Translations under genes and position numbers: made by a program
IMG/VR virus record: IMGVR_UViG_3300028854_000016
Span: 1 to 64,000 of that record
Reading direction: 5' to 3' (one strand)
DNA: 64,000 bases
DNA from: an uncultured virus (IMG/VR IMGVR_UViG_3300028854_000016)
Taxonomy: Duplodnaviria > Heunggongvirae > Uroviricota > Caudoviricetes
The notes under the pieces: generated by a model
Database searches by the model: none
What the model saw: the letters and a program-made list of their open reading frames with translations, nothing else
Told to the model about the DNA's origin: nothing
In this document: piece by piece, positions 8,710-18,287 of the stretch
How positions within the stretch are numbered: the stretch's first letter is position 1
Layout: each line of letters begins with the position of its first letter

Positions 8710-11700
8710 ATGGCCTGGAAAAAATATTTCAAAAAAGCAACGCCAAATCAAGATGGGGTTTTTAGTCCTCTTTCTCGACGCGGTGGCAGAAGCACTGGAG
8801 AAGACGCAGTTGGTGTAAATAGTTATCCAAATCTTATTCAAGAGTCATATCTTGGATGCCCAAATCGTATAGAAAGATATCAGAATTTTGAAAGTATGGA
8901 TCAGGATTCAGAAGTGAACTCTGCCCTTGATATTTTAGCTGAATTTAGCACTCAAAGCAATGAGCAAGATAATATGTGTTTTAACGTAAAATTTAAAGAA
9001 CCTCCGACAGAAACTGAATCTAAAATTATCAAAAAGCAATTGCAGTCATGGTATTATTTGAATGAATTCAATAAAAGAGCATTTAGATTGTTTAGAAATG
9101 TTATTAAATATGGTGACCAAATCTTCCTTCGTGACCCAGAAACATTTAAATTATTTTATGTAGAAATGGATAATGTTATTAAAGTAATTGTAAATGAAAG
9201 CAAAGGTAAGAAGCCAGAACAATATATTATTCGTAATATGGCTCCAAATTTTGAAAATTTAACAGCAACACAAGTTACAGCAAATAATCTTTATAATGTT
9301 GTTCCCAGTGGGCCAGGATTTAATGCTGCTGGTTCTGGATATAATGCTCCCAATAGTCCTTACAGTTCTAGTAGTAGATTTACAAAAGGATTAAATGAAC
9401 ATGCTATTAATGCAGAACATATTCTTCATCTTTCATTGACTGAAGGACTTGATCCCAATTGGCCATTTGGTAATAGTATTTTGGAGTTAATTTTTAAAGT
9501 TTATAAACAGAAGGAGTTACTGGAAGATAGTATTATCATTTATCGTGTTCAGAGAGCGCCAGAACGTAGAGTGTTCAAAATTGATGTTGGAGATATGCCT
9601 CAGCATTTGGCAATGGCATTCATTGAAAAAGTAAAAAATGAAATGCACCAACGTAGAATTCCAGGAAGATCAGATGGTGGAAATTTTCAAGATTCTACAT
9701 ATTTTAGTATGGCTCCAAATGCTGATTTTTTCTTTCCCATCACTTCCAGCGGTCGAGGATCTTCAGTTGAGCAATTGGCAGGTGGCTGCTTAAAAATGGA
9801 TACTAAAGTTCCATTATTAGATGGTAGAACGCTTTCATTAATTGAATTAACTGAAGAATTCCAAGAAGGTAAAGAGAATTGGGTGTATAGTTGTAATCCA
9901 GAAACAGGAGAAGTAGTACCAGGAATTATTTCTTGGGCAGGAGTAACTCATGAGTCTGCCCAAGTAATGAAAATAACTCTTGATAATGAGGAAGAAATTA
10001 TTTGTACTCTTGATCATAAATTTCCCATCCTAGAAAAAGGATTCGTTGAAGCAAAAGATTTGAGTATTGGAGAAAGATTTATTCCTTTTAATATTCAAAA
10101 TAGAGAAATATTAAAAACTAGAAAAAAACAATATACACAAGTATATCAAAATAATACTAAAAAATGGGAATTTGTTCATAGAATGATAGCTCATTGTTTA
10201 GCATTAGAAAATTTTGTTTTTGATGAGCAATATAAAAATAGTAAAAAAGATGTAATTCACCATAAAAATTTTAACAGATTTGATAATTCTCCTTCTAATT
10301 TGGTTAGAATGGCATTTAAAGATCATACTGATTTTCATTCTTATTATGGATTTAGTAAGGATAGTCAAGTTCTTGGTACTATTGCTGCAAAAGAAAAAAT
10401 GGAATTTATTAAAATTAACTATCCAGAAAAATATAAAAAGTTAATGAAAGAAAAAGGAAAGCGTCATAAAGAATTTTGGGCTTCTTTAAATATAGAAGAA
10501 AGGCAGCAATATATTGATATTAAAAAAATCGGATTGCAGAATTATTTTAAAAATTTAACAGATAAAGAAAGAAATATTCGTATTGAAGAAATGATGCCAA
10601 CTATTAATAGTTTAATTAAAGCATCTAAAGATAAGTTAGAAAAAATGAATACAGATGAAGATTATTATAACTGGGTTTGCGAGCATCAGCAAAAAGGTTG
10701 GGATAAATTTAAGAAAACACCAGAAGCAAAAATTCGTGGAAAGAAAATTGGAAATGATAATCGTTTAAGATTTTCTCGCCCTGGTTATACAGAGAATGTT
10801 TTTAAAAACCAAAGAGTAAAAGTTGATAAACAAACATTGGATTATGTTCAAAGTTTGGTTTTACAAAAAAATAAAATTAAAATAGTTGAAGCAATTAAAT
10901 TATTTAATGACACAGATGAATATTTGAATTATTATTTAAATTTAAATAAAGAAACTTGCTGCGCAAATTGGAATAATGATAGATTGACTGGAAGCCAATT
11001 AAGAAATGCATTGAAAATTCGTGGATATAAAAATTGGAAGCAATTCAGAGATGAAGTTAGATTATATAACCATGCCATAGTATCAATTGAATATTTGTCT
11101 GAGCCAATACAAGTTGGAACTTTAACTATTGATAAAGATGAAAAATATCATAATTATCATACTTTTGCTTTGGCTAGTGGAATTTTTACAAAAAATTCTA
11201 ATTTGAATGAAATTGATGATTTAAAATACTTTAATAATAAGATGATGCGTGGATTAAGAATTCCGAGTAGTTATCTTCCAACTGGTCAAGATGATAGCCC
11301 TTCAACAATAAATGATGGAAGAGTTGGCACAGCATTAATTCAAGAATACAGATTTAATCAATATTGTGAAAGACTCCAAAAATTGGTTTGTGATCCTTTA
11401 GATTTGGAATTTAAAGCATATTTAAAATGGAGCGGAATTAATATTGATTCAAGTATGTTTCAATTGACTTTTAATCCACCACAAAATTTTGCTCACTATA
11501 GACAAGCAGAATTAGATAGTTCTAAAATTAGCACATTTACTCAATTAGAAGGATATCAATATTTTAGTAAGAGATTTTTGATGGAACGATATCTTGGTAT
11601 GACTTCTGAAGAAATCAATGAAAATCAAAAATTATGGAGAGAAGAAAATGTATCTCCTGATCAAATTGAATCAGAGCCTTCTGACTTGAGAAATCTTGGT

Positions 11701-11871
11701 ATAACTGCTGGTGGTATTGATTCAGACTTACAAAACTTTGGTGGTGAAGAAGGTATGGGAGAAGAAATGCCAGAAGGCGGAGAAGAAGCTGCTCCTGGGG
11801 AAGGCACACCAGAAGGAGCTAATACTCCAGTTGCTGCTCAAGGCCCTGCACCAACTAGCTCAGGCGCTTAA
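8710..11871 (+). CDS. portal vertex protein (T4 gp20-like) containing an intein
   Basis: LLEDSIIIYRVQRAPERRVFKIDVGDMP and DDLKYFNNK..LRIPSSYL gp20 motifs. Confidence 0.93.
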   Translation: MAWKKYFKKATPNQDGVFSPLSRRGGRSTGEDAVGVNSYPNLIQESYLGCPNRIERYQNFESMDQDSEVNSALDILAEFSTQSNEQDNMCFNVKFKEPPTETESKIIKKQLQSWYYLNEFNKRAFRLFRNVIKYGDQIFLRDPETFKLFYVEMDNVIKVIVNESKGKKPEQYIIRNMAPNFENLTATQVTANNLYNVVPSGPGFNAAGSGYNAPNSPYSSSSRFTKGLNEHAINAEHILHLSLTEGLDPNWPFGNSILELIFKVYKQKELLEDSIIIYRVQRAPERRVFKIDVGDMPQHLAMAFIEKVKNEMHQRRIPGRSDGGNFQDSTYFSMAPNADFFFPITSSGRGSSVEQLAGGCLKMDTKVPLLDGRTLSLIELTEEFQEGKENWVYSCNPETGEVVPGIISWAGVTHESAQVMKITLDNEEEIICTLDHKFPILEKGFVEAKDLSIGERFIPFNIQNREILKTRKKQYTQVYQNNTKKWEFVHRMIAHCLALENFVFDEQYKNSKKDVIHHKNFNRFDNSPSNLVRMAFKDHTDFHSYYGFSKDSQVLGTIAAKEKMEFIKINYPEKYKKLMKEKGKRHKEFWASLNIEERQQYIDIKKIGLQNYFKNLTDKERNIRIEEMMPTINSLIKASKDKLEKMNTDEDYYNWVCEHQQKGWDKFKKTPEAKIRGKKIGNDNRLRFSRPGYTENVFKNQRVKVDKQTLDYVQSLVLQKNKIKIVEAIKLFNDTDEYLNYYLNLNKETCCANWNNDRLTGSQLRNALKIRGYKNWKQFRDEVRLYNHAIVSIEYLSEPIQVGTLTIDKDEKYHNYHTFALASGIFTKNSNLNEIDDLKYFNNKMMRGLRIPSSYLPTGQDDSPSTINDGRVGTALIQEYRFNQYCERLQKLVCDPLDLEFKAYLKWSGINIDSSMFQLTFNPPQNFAHYRQAELDSSKISTFTQLEGYQYFSKRFLMERYLGMTSEEINENQKLWREENVSPDQIESEPSDLRNLGITAGGIDSDLQNFGGEEGMGEEMPEGGEEAAPGEGTPEGANTPVAAQGPAPTSSGA
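9787..11196 (+). mobile_element. 470-aa intein with internal HNH endonuclease
   Basis: starts CLKMDTKV, block B ICTLDHKF, ends HTFALASGIFTKN followed by Ser; internal VIHHKNFNRFDNSPSNL. Confidence 0.9.
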
Positions 11872-11910
11872 TTATTTGGGATATTGAATAAATACTTTAT
11901 GAGGTGAAAT

Positions 11911-12462
11911 ATGAATTTAACTGAAGAAATGACAAAATATAAAAATGTTATTAATGAGGATATCTTTGATTCTGTTAATGATTTTTTTAGTCCGATAACT
12001 AATATTATTCAACCACAAACAGTTACGATGATTTACAAAAAAGATGGCAAGTATTATGAAAAATCTTTGCATATCAAAACTGGTATTCGCTTAGAAAGAC
12101 TTAAAAATTGGTGCGACGATTATCTTGAAGGGTTTGGAGCAACTCCAGTTAGATTGACTGCTGAAAATGGAGCTTTTTTGGCCGGCAATAATAAGCTTCC
12201 TCCTCCAGAATTAATCAATATTGAAGAAAGTTTCGAAAGTGTGCGAGATGAAAAAGATGAACATTTTTATGGAAAAGAAAATGATGATAAAAATTTAAAT
12301 AATGCTTTAAATGCCCCAATTAAGAAAAATAAATCTTATAAAGAAGGATATGAGGCTGCATTGGGTGAATTTTGGAATGAATATAGAAATATAATTGACA
12401 ATTTAATCAAAAGGGATGAAGTAAAATCAATTTTATATAAATTGCTAGATAAAAACAAGTAA
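11911..12462 (+). CDS. hypothetical modular (putative internal head) protein
   Basis: N-terminus MNLTEEMTKYKNVINE shared with 13048 and 16393; internal module shared with 13048. Confidence 0.7.
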   Translation: MNLTEEMTKYKNVINEDIFDSVNDFFSPITNIIQPQTVTMIYKKDGKYYEKSLHIKTGIRLERLKNWCDDYLEGFGATPVRLTAENGAFLAGNNKLPPPELINIEESFESVRDEKDEHFYGKENDDKNLNNALNAPIKKNKSYKEGYEAALGEFWNEYRNIIDNLIKRDEVKSILYKLLDKNK

Positions 12463-12476
12463 TTATGAGATAAAAT

Positions 12477-12704
12477 ATGCAACTAAAAGAAATGTTTTCT
12501 GAATACGACACTGGTTATACATCTCCAGAAGATGATAATAGTATTCCCAGACTAAGTGATCTTAGAAAAACTAAGCTAACTCTTGGTCAAATTAATCGTC
12601 TTAGAAAGATCGAAGATGTTAGAAGATTTGAGCAACAAGAAAATTTAGAAAATATTCAAAGACAATATGGCAAACCAGCAGAAAGTGCTGGTGGAATGAT
12701 GTAA
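12477..12704 (+). CDS. small head-region hypothetical protein
   Basis: 75 aa, RKTKLTLGQINRLRK, overlaps the next gene. Confidence 0.7.
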   Translation: MQLKEMFSEYDTGYTSPEDDNSIPRLSDLRKTKLTLGQINRLRKIEDVRRFEQQENLENIQRQYGKPAESAGGMM

Positions 12705-13051
12705 TGAAGATATTTGAAATTGCTGCTAGATCAATTAATGATCCACTTGGCTATAAAACGCATCAATTAACTCTCCCTGATGATATTCATGGTCAAACTT
12801 TTCATTTAGAGTTTGTGGGATCCAGTAAAAAATTTCCAAATACAGTTAGAGCCAAATATGATAATGAAGAATTATATAATAAAGAATATATTGTTACAGT
12901 TTATGATCGTTTGACTAATGAAGTTGAAGTAATTCATTTGGGTCAAAATCATTTGAAAGTTACTTATGATTTCGCCAATCCTGAAGAAGCACAAGAGTAT
13001 TTGGATGAATTTCATATTAAATTACTAATTGGAAAGGGGTATATAAAATGA
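12704..13051 (+). CDS. hypothetical protein
   Basis: 115 aa, translationally coupled at both ends, MKIFEI start. Confidence 0.65.
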   Translation: MKIFEIAARSINDPLGYKTHQLTLPDDIHGQTFHLEFVGSSKKFPNTVRAKYDNEELYNKEYIVTVYDRLTNEVEVIHLGQNHLKVTYDFANPEEAQEYLDEFHIKLLIGKGYIK

Positions 13052-13782
13052 ACCTTATTGAAGAGATTTTTAAATATCGAGCAGTTATTATTAACGAAGA
13101 AAAAGAATTTTATCTTGATGCGTTGAAAAGATTATTGAAAACTTCTGCTAAGAAAGGAGATACTGCTGCATATTTTTATTATGACCAATTATCAAATAAA
13201 CCAAATGTAGTTGCATTCACAGAATTTGATAACTTTATTCATAGTTGGGCAGGAGGACTATGGAGAAGAAGATATAAGAATGAAATCCAAAATTTAGCAG
13301 ATAAATTAAATAGTGAAGATGCGAGCAGAGGTCTATCAAAAAAATGGATAGTTGAAAGTTTTGATAGTGTGAGAAATGAAAAAGATGAGCATTTTTATGC
13401 TCAAGAAAACGACGATAAGAACTTAAAAAATGCTATTAACGATAATAACGATGAATTAAAAGAAATTGTCGATAAACATGCAAAGAATGGAATTAAAATT
13501 TCACTTTCAGTGCGACCAGATAGAATAATAGTTAACGTGATTAATGTAAAACCAGAAAATCGTAATAAAGGATTTGGCACAGCTCTTATGAAAGATTTAT
13601 GCTCTTATGCTGACAAAGTTCAAAAAACGATGTTTTTAACACCCAGTAAAGATTTTGGAGCAACGTCTGTCAATAGATTAAAAAAATTTTATAGTGAATT
13701 TGGATTTAAAAGTAATAAAGGAAAAACTATAGATTTTTCTGCAAAAGAGACAATGATTAGAAAACCAACGAAACATAAGTAA
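13048..13782 (+). CDS. modular protein with C-terminal GNAT acetyltransferase domain
   Basis: INVKPENRNKGFGTALM and RLKKFYSEFGF GNAT motifs. Confidence 0.75.
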   Translation: MNLIEEIFKYRAVIINEEKEFYLDALKRLLKTSAKKGDTAAYFYYDQLSNKPNVVAFTEFDNFIHSWAGGLWRRRYKNEIQNLADKLNSEDASRGLSKKWIVESFDSVRNEKDEHFYAQENDDKNLKNAINDNNDELKEIVDKHAKNGIKISLSVRPDRIIVNVINVKPENRNKGFGTALMKDLCSYADKVQKTMFLTPSKDFGATSVNRLKKFYSEFGFKSNKGKTIDFSAKETMIRKPTKHK

Positions 13783-13882
13783 TTCGTGCTTAATTAAAAG
13801 AAATGCATAAATCATAATAAATAACTTTAAGAGTTGATTTATGCGTAATCAAACAATTTTAAAGTAACACAGGAGAATTAAG

Positions 13883-14794
13883 ATGGCATCCAACAAATTT
13901 GAGAAGTTAATTGAATACGTGGTAGCTAATGATGAAAAGAAAGCTCGTCAGCTTTTCCACAAAATCGTAGTTGAAAAGAGTCGCAAAATTTACGAGGATT
14001 TAGATATTGAAGATAATTCTCGGGCTTTTGACGAGGTTGAATCAGATGAAACTTCATTAGATGACGCTGCTGGTCCAGTTGATGAATTTGGCGGGGACGA
14101 AGTAGACGATCTAGAGCATGATACATTTTCAGAAGAAGGCGATGAAGATTTTGGTGAAGGATTGCCAACTGATGACGAATTTGGAGCAGAAGGCGAATTG
14201 ACACCAGAAGTGGATGATCGTCTTGCTGATTTGGAATCAAGTTTCGATGAATTGAAAGCTGAATTTGAAGCATTGCTTGGCGATGAAGAAAAAACAGATG
14301 AAGATATTATCGATAAAAACGAAGACGAAGAAGAAGATATCGAAATTGAAGATGAAAATCTTGAAGACGATGAAGAAGCTGAAGAAGATTTAGAATCTGA
14401 CGATTTAGAATCTGAAGATTTAGATAGTGACGAAAAAGAAGAAGACGAAGACGAAGAAGAAGAGAAAGTTGAAGAAGATGAGCCAGTTGACGAAAGCGTA
14501 ATTCGTGAGTATGTTGACAAAGTAACTAAAGGTCTTGCCAATACTACAGAAGAGCCATCAACTAATAAGAAATCAGTAGTTGCTGGAAAGAATCCTCTTG
14601 GTGCAGGCTCTGCTAGTCCAAAGAACATTGTTGCTGGCGGAACTGAAAAAGGACGCACTGCTCCAACATCTGGTAAGTTTACCACAGAACCAATTGTAAA
14701 CGTTCCTGGTGGAAAAGCTAAGTTAAAACCAGTTGCAAAACCAGTTACAACTAAAGAAGCAGAAGGAACAAACAAAAAGAGTAATTTGTCATAA
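13883..14794 (+). CDS. acidic prohead core protein
   Basis: very Asp/Glu-rich, immediately upstream of the prohead protease, AGGAG SD. Confidence 0.65.
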   Translation: MASNKFEKLIEYVVANDEKKARQLFHKIVVEKSRKIYEDLDIEDNSRAFDEVESDETSLDDAAGPVDEFGGDEVDDLEHDTFSEEGDEDFGEGLPTDDEFGAEGELTPEVDDRLADLESSFDELKAEFEALLGDEEKTDEDIIDKNEDEEEDIEIEDENLEDDEEAEEDLESDDLESEDLDSDEKEEDEDEEEEKVEEDEPVDESVIREYVDKVTKGLANTTEEPSTNKKSVVAGKNPLGAGSASPKNIVAGGTEKGRTAPTSGKFTTEPIVNVPGGKAKLKPVAKPVTTKEAEGTNKKSNLS

Positions 14795-14807
14795 TTGTTA
14801 AGCAATG

Positions 14808-14850
14808 AAATTGTGGCGAGGTGATTTTACATCGCCTCGCCACAATTTTT
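14808..14850 (+). terminator. intrinsic terminator
   Basis: aaattgtggcgaggtg...catcgcctcgccacaattttt. Confidence 0.65.
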
Positions 14851-14865
14851 AAGAGGGGAAATAAA

Positions 14866-15516
14866 ATGGAAAGAATTCCACTATTTGAATATCAACATCA
14901 AAGTGCAGTAGCTACAGAATTACTAGAAGCAGTAGATCCTTTGACTGGTGCTAAGAAAAAAGATTTATATATGAAAGGAATTTTCATTCAAGGTGACATA
15001 AGAAACCAAAATCAAAGAGTTTATCCAGTTTATGAGATTAAGAAAGCTGTTGATTCTATTACGGCATTAATAAATGAAAATATTTCAATTTTCGGCGAAG
15101 GGGACCATCCGGCTGATTTAAAGATTAATCTTGATCGAGTGTCTCATGTTATTACAGGTATGTGGATGGAGGGAGCTAATGGTTTTGGAAAATTAAAAGT
15201 ATTACCTACTCCAATGGGAAATATTATTAAAGCTATTCTTGAAAGTGGATGTAAATTGGGAGTTAGTTCTCGTGGTTCAGGAAATGTAAATGAATCTACA
15301 GGACAAGTTTCGGATTTTGAGATTATAACAGTGGATTGTGTATGTCAGCCAAGTGCTCCAAATGCATACCCTGTTCCAATTTACGAATCTCTAAAAAATT
15401 ACAAAAGAAATGGAGATAATTTATTGGAAATGGCAGCAGAGGTAAATTCAGATACTAAAGTACAAAAATATTTACAAAATGAAATAATTAGATTCATTAA
15501 GGACTTAAAATTATAA
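14866..15516 (+). CDS. prohead protease (T4 gp21-like)
   Basis: GIFIQGDIRNQNQRVYP, GEGDHP, LGVSSRGSG, DCVCQPSAPNAY; start taken at the ATG after the SD. Confidence 0.92.
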   Translation: MERIPLFEYQHQSAVATELLEAVDPLTGAKKKDLYMKGIFIQGDIRNQNQRVYPVYEIKKAVDSITALINENISIFGEGDHPADLKINLDRVSHVITGMWMEGANGFGKLKVLPTPMGNIIKAILESGCKLGVSSRGSGNVNESTGQVSDFEIITVDCVCQPSAPNAYPVPIYESLKNYKRNGDNLLEMAAEVNSDTKVQKYLQNEIIRFIKDLKL

Positions 15517-16367
15517 TGAGAGAAACAAAAGCATTTGTTTATAAATGGACTGAACTTTCTACAGGAAAATGGTATATAGGTTCACGAACTAAAAAAGGAT
15601 GTAATCAAGATGATGGTTATATTTGTTCTAGTAAAATTGTAAAACCATTAATATTAGAAAATAAGTTTAATTGGTTTAGAGAAATATTATTTGAAGGAGA
15701 ACCAAAAGAAGTAAGAGAATATGAAACAAAATTATTAGTATCATTAAATGCAGCATATGATATTAATAGTTATAATCAGCATAATAGTGATGGCAAATGG
15801 CACACAATAGGAAAAGAACCATGGAATAAAGGAAAACATGGAGTTCAATCTCCAGTTTGGAACAAAGGATTACCAGCAGAAATGCAACCATTTTATGGAA
15901 AAGTTTTTTCAGTAGAACATAGAAAGAATTTAAGTGAATCAAGTATAGAATACTGGAAAGAACATGAAGGAAGAGAACCATGGAATAAAGGATTAATTTT
16001 GGGTTCACAATCTGTAGAAGTAATTAAAAAGAGAACATCATGGCAAAAAGGTTGTAAACGATCAGAATTAGTAGGAAGAAAAATTAGTGAAACTAAAAAT
16101 ATGAAGAGAAAGGAACGAGAACTTTCTGGTATTAAATTATTTTCCTGGGAAGAAAAATATTCTCAAGAATATATTGAAAAAAGAAAATCAAAACTTGCAG
16201 AAAAATTTAAAGTTAATAATCCTAATTCTAAAAATAAAGGAAAATCATGGGACGAAATAATGGGACCAGAACGAGCAGAAGAGAGAAGAAATAAATTGAA
16301 AAATCCTAAAAGACCAAGAAAGAAAAGAAATGATATAGGACTGACAAGAAATAAAAATATTACATAA
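15516..16367 (+). CDS. GIY-YIG (Seg-like) homing endonuclease with NUMOD-type PWNKG repeats
   Basis: AFVYKW...WYIGSR...GYICSS; repeated PWNKG. Confidence 0.8.
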   Translation: MRETKAFVYKWTELSTGKWYIGSRTKKGCNQDDGYICSSKIVKPLILENKFNWFREILFEGEPKEVREYETKLLVSLNAAYDINSYNQHNSDGKWHTIGKEPWNKGKHGVQSPVWNKGLPAEMQPFYGKVFSVEHRKNLSESSIEYWKEHEGREPWNKGLILGSQSVEVIKKRTSWQKGCKRSELVGRKISETKNMKRKERELSGIKLFSWEEKYSQEYIEKRKSKLAEKFKVNNPNSKNKGKSWDEIMGPERAEERRNKLKNPKRPRKKRNDIGLTRNKNIT

Positions 16368-16392
16368 ATATAAATGAAATGGGAGTTATGTC

Positions 16393-17109
16393 ATGAATTT
16401 AACAGAAGAAATTTCTAAATATAAAAATATCGTTAAAGAAGAATGGGATTATGGCAAGGGAATTTATGATAAAGCTCCTGTAAAAACAGTGTCATCTTCA
16501 ACAAATGGCCCGCTGAAGAATGTTAAAGCAGAAGATAAAGAACCAACTCCAGCCAAACTAACCCCAGTTAAGAAAGAAGAAATAGTACAACCCAAAGAAT
16601 TTCGATCAGCAAGAGACAAAAAGCCAGGTCCATTTACTAAAAAAGCAAAAGTTGAAGAAGCATGGAACAAAGAAATGAAAACCCCAGAAAGCAAGAAAGG
16701 CATGTTCAAGGGAAAAACAAAAGATGAATTAAAATCTGAATTATCAGCAGCTAAAGAACGCTCCAAGAAATTACATGATGCAGATAAGTCAGAGCCAGAA
16801 TCATTGAAGACTAAAATTAAAGAACTTGAATTTGCTTTAAGAGCGAAGAATAAGTTTGGTAAAGTAAGTGAATCTGTTGATATGAAAAGATGCAAAGGGT
16901 GTGGAAAGAAAACAAAATCGAAATATTGCTCAGATGACTGTCGTGCTGAATATCTTAAATCCTATCTTAACTCAATGACTAAAGCTCCTTCAATCGCTAA
17001 TGAGCGAGAATTTAATCAAGGTTGGTCGGCTGCTTTAGATGAAGTATGTGAATATATTATTGGTGCTGGCTATCCAAAGTTGGCCAAAGAATTAAGAGAG
17101 AATTTTTAA
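16393..17109 (+). CDS. hypothetical modular (putative internal head) protein
   Basis: MNLTEEISKYKNIVKEE start; CKGC..YCSDDC zinc module. Confidence 0.7.
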   Translation: MNLTEEISKYKNIVKEEWDYGKGIYDKAPVKTVSSSTNGPLKNVKAEDKEPTPAKLTPVKKEEIVQPKEFRSARDKKPGPFTKKAKVEEAWNKEMKTPESKKGMFKGKTKDELKSELSAAKERSKKLHDADKSEPESLKTKIKELEFALRAKNKFGKVSESVDMKRCKGCGKKTKSKYCSDDCRAEYLKSYLNSMTKAPSIANEREFNQGWSAALDEVCEYIIGAGYPKLAKELRENF

Positions 17110-17186
17110 GAATAAGTATAAGTTTTTTAAGCTTATATGTATGAAAATATGTATTAGATGTAAATATTATTAATGGGAGACATATT

Positions 17187-18272
17187 ATGTTAGAGATCCT
17201 AAAACCACTTCTTGAAAGTGGATTAGTAAATGAAGAAACTCGCACAGCCATTAATGAAGCATGGCAAAGCAAGCTCAAAGAAGTTAAGTCTCAAGTAAGG
17301 ACTGAAATTCGTGAAGAGTTTGCTGGTCGTTACGAGCATGATAAAGCAACTATGATTAAAACTCTTGATAAAATGGTTTCAGAGACACTAAGCAATGAAG
17401 TCAAACAAATCAAAGAAGAGCGCAATCAAGTAGCTAAATTGAAAATTCAAACAATCAAAGAAACTAAACAAGCAGCAGCAAAATTTAATAAATTTGCAAC
17501 AAGAGCATTAGCTGAAGAATTGGCTGAATTTGCTCAAGAACGCAAATTAAGTGAAGCACACAAGAATAAATTAGAAAAATTTATTATGAGTTCTCTCGCA
17601 GAAGAAATTAATGAGTTTGCTCAAGACAAAAAGAATTTAGTTGAAACAAAAGTTAAACTTATTTCAGAAGCAAAGAATCAATTAAATCTTTTGAAACAGA
17701 AATTTGTTGCAAGAAGCAGCAAAGCCGTAAGCGAGATAGTTGCACAAACATTGAATCATGAGCTAAAGCAACTACACGAAGATATTAAGATCGCCCGCCA
17801 AAATAATTTCGGACGTAAGATTTATGAAGCGTTCGCAACTGAATTCACTGGAACTTATCTTAACGAAAACGCAGAAGTTAAGAAACTGCGTAACGAAATT
17901 GAAAGAGTTACTAATAAATTAACAGAAGCAAAGAAAGAAGTAGTAACAAAAACTAAATTAGTTGAATCAAAAGACAAAGACTTAACAATTATTAAAAATA
18001 GAGCAGAAAGATCAAAGATTTTATCTGAATTATTTTCTCCTCTTGAAAAAAGCAAAAAAGAAGTAATGACTCAATTGTTAGAAAATGTGCAGACAAATCA
18101 GTTAAGATCAGCATATGATAAGTATTTGCCAGCAGTTTTAAATAATAGAACTAAGCCAGTTATTGAGACTGGTAAAGATTTGTTAAATGAATCAACTGGT
18201 AATAAAAACAAAGTAGTACCCGTCGAAGCGGATTCTTTAGTAGATATTAAACGTTTGGCAGGGCTAAAGTAA
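17187..18272 (+). CDS. prohead core scaffold (T4 gp22-like)
   Basis: coiled coil, directly upstream of the major capsid gene, ends DIKRLAGLK. Confidence 0.8.
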   Translation: MLEILKPLLESGLVNEETRTAINEAWQSKLKEVKSQVRTEIREEFAGRYEHDKATMIKTLDKMVSETLSNEVKQIKEERNQVAKLKIQTIKETKQAAAKFNKFATRALAEELAEFAQERKLSEAHKNKLEKFIMSSLAEEINEFAQDKKNLVETKVKLISEAKNQLNLLKQKFVARSSKAVSEIVAQTLNHELKQLHEDIKIARQNNFGRKIYEAFATEFTGTYLNENAEVKKLRNEIERVTNKLTEAKKEVVTKTKLVESKDKDLTIIKNRAERSKILSELFSPLEKSKKEVMTQLLENVQTNQLRSAYDKYLPAVLNNRTKPVIETGKDLLNESTGNKNKVVPVEADSLVDIKRLAGLK

Positions 18273-18287
18273 ATAAAGGAGAATACA

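Noticed and set aside
13990..14805. 271-aa Ser-rich minus-strand ORF
   Set aside because: Antisense shadow of the Asp/Glu-rich core gene
14821..14865. GTG start for the prohead protease
   Set aside because: It lies within a terminator hairpin; the ATG at 14866 has the SD
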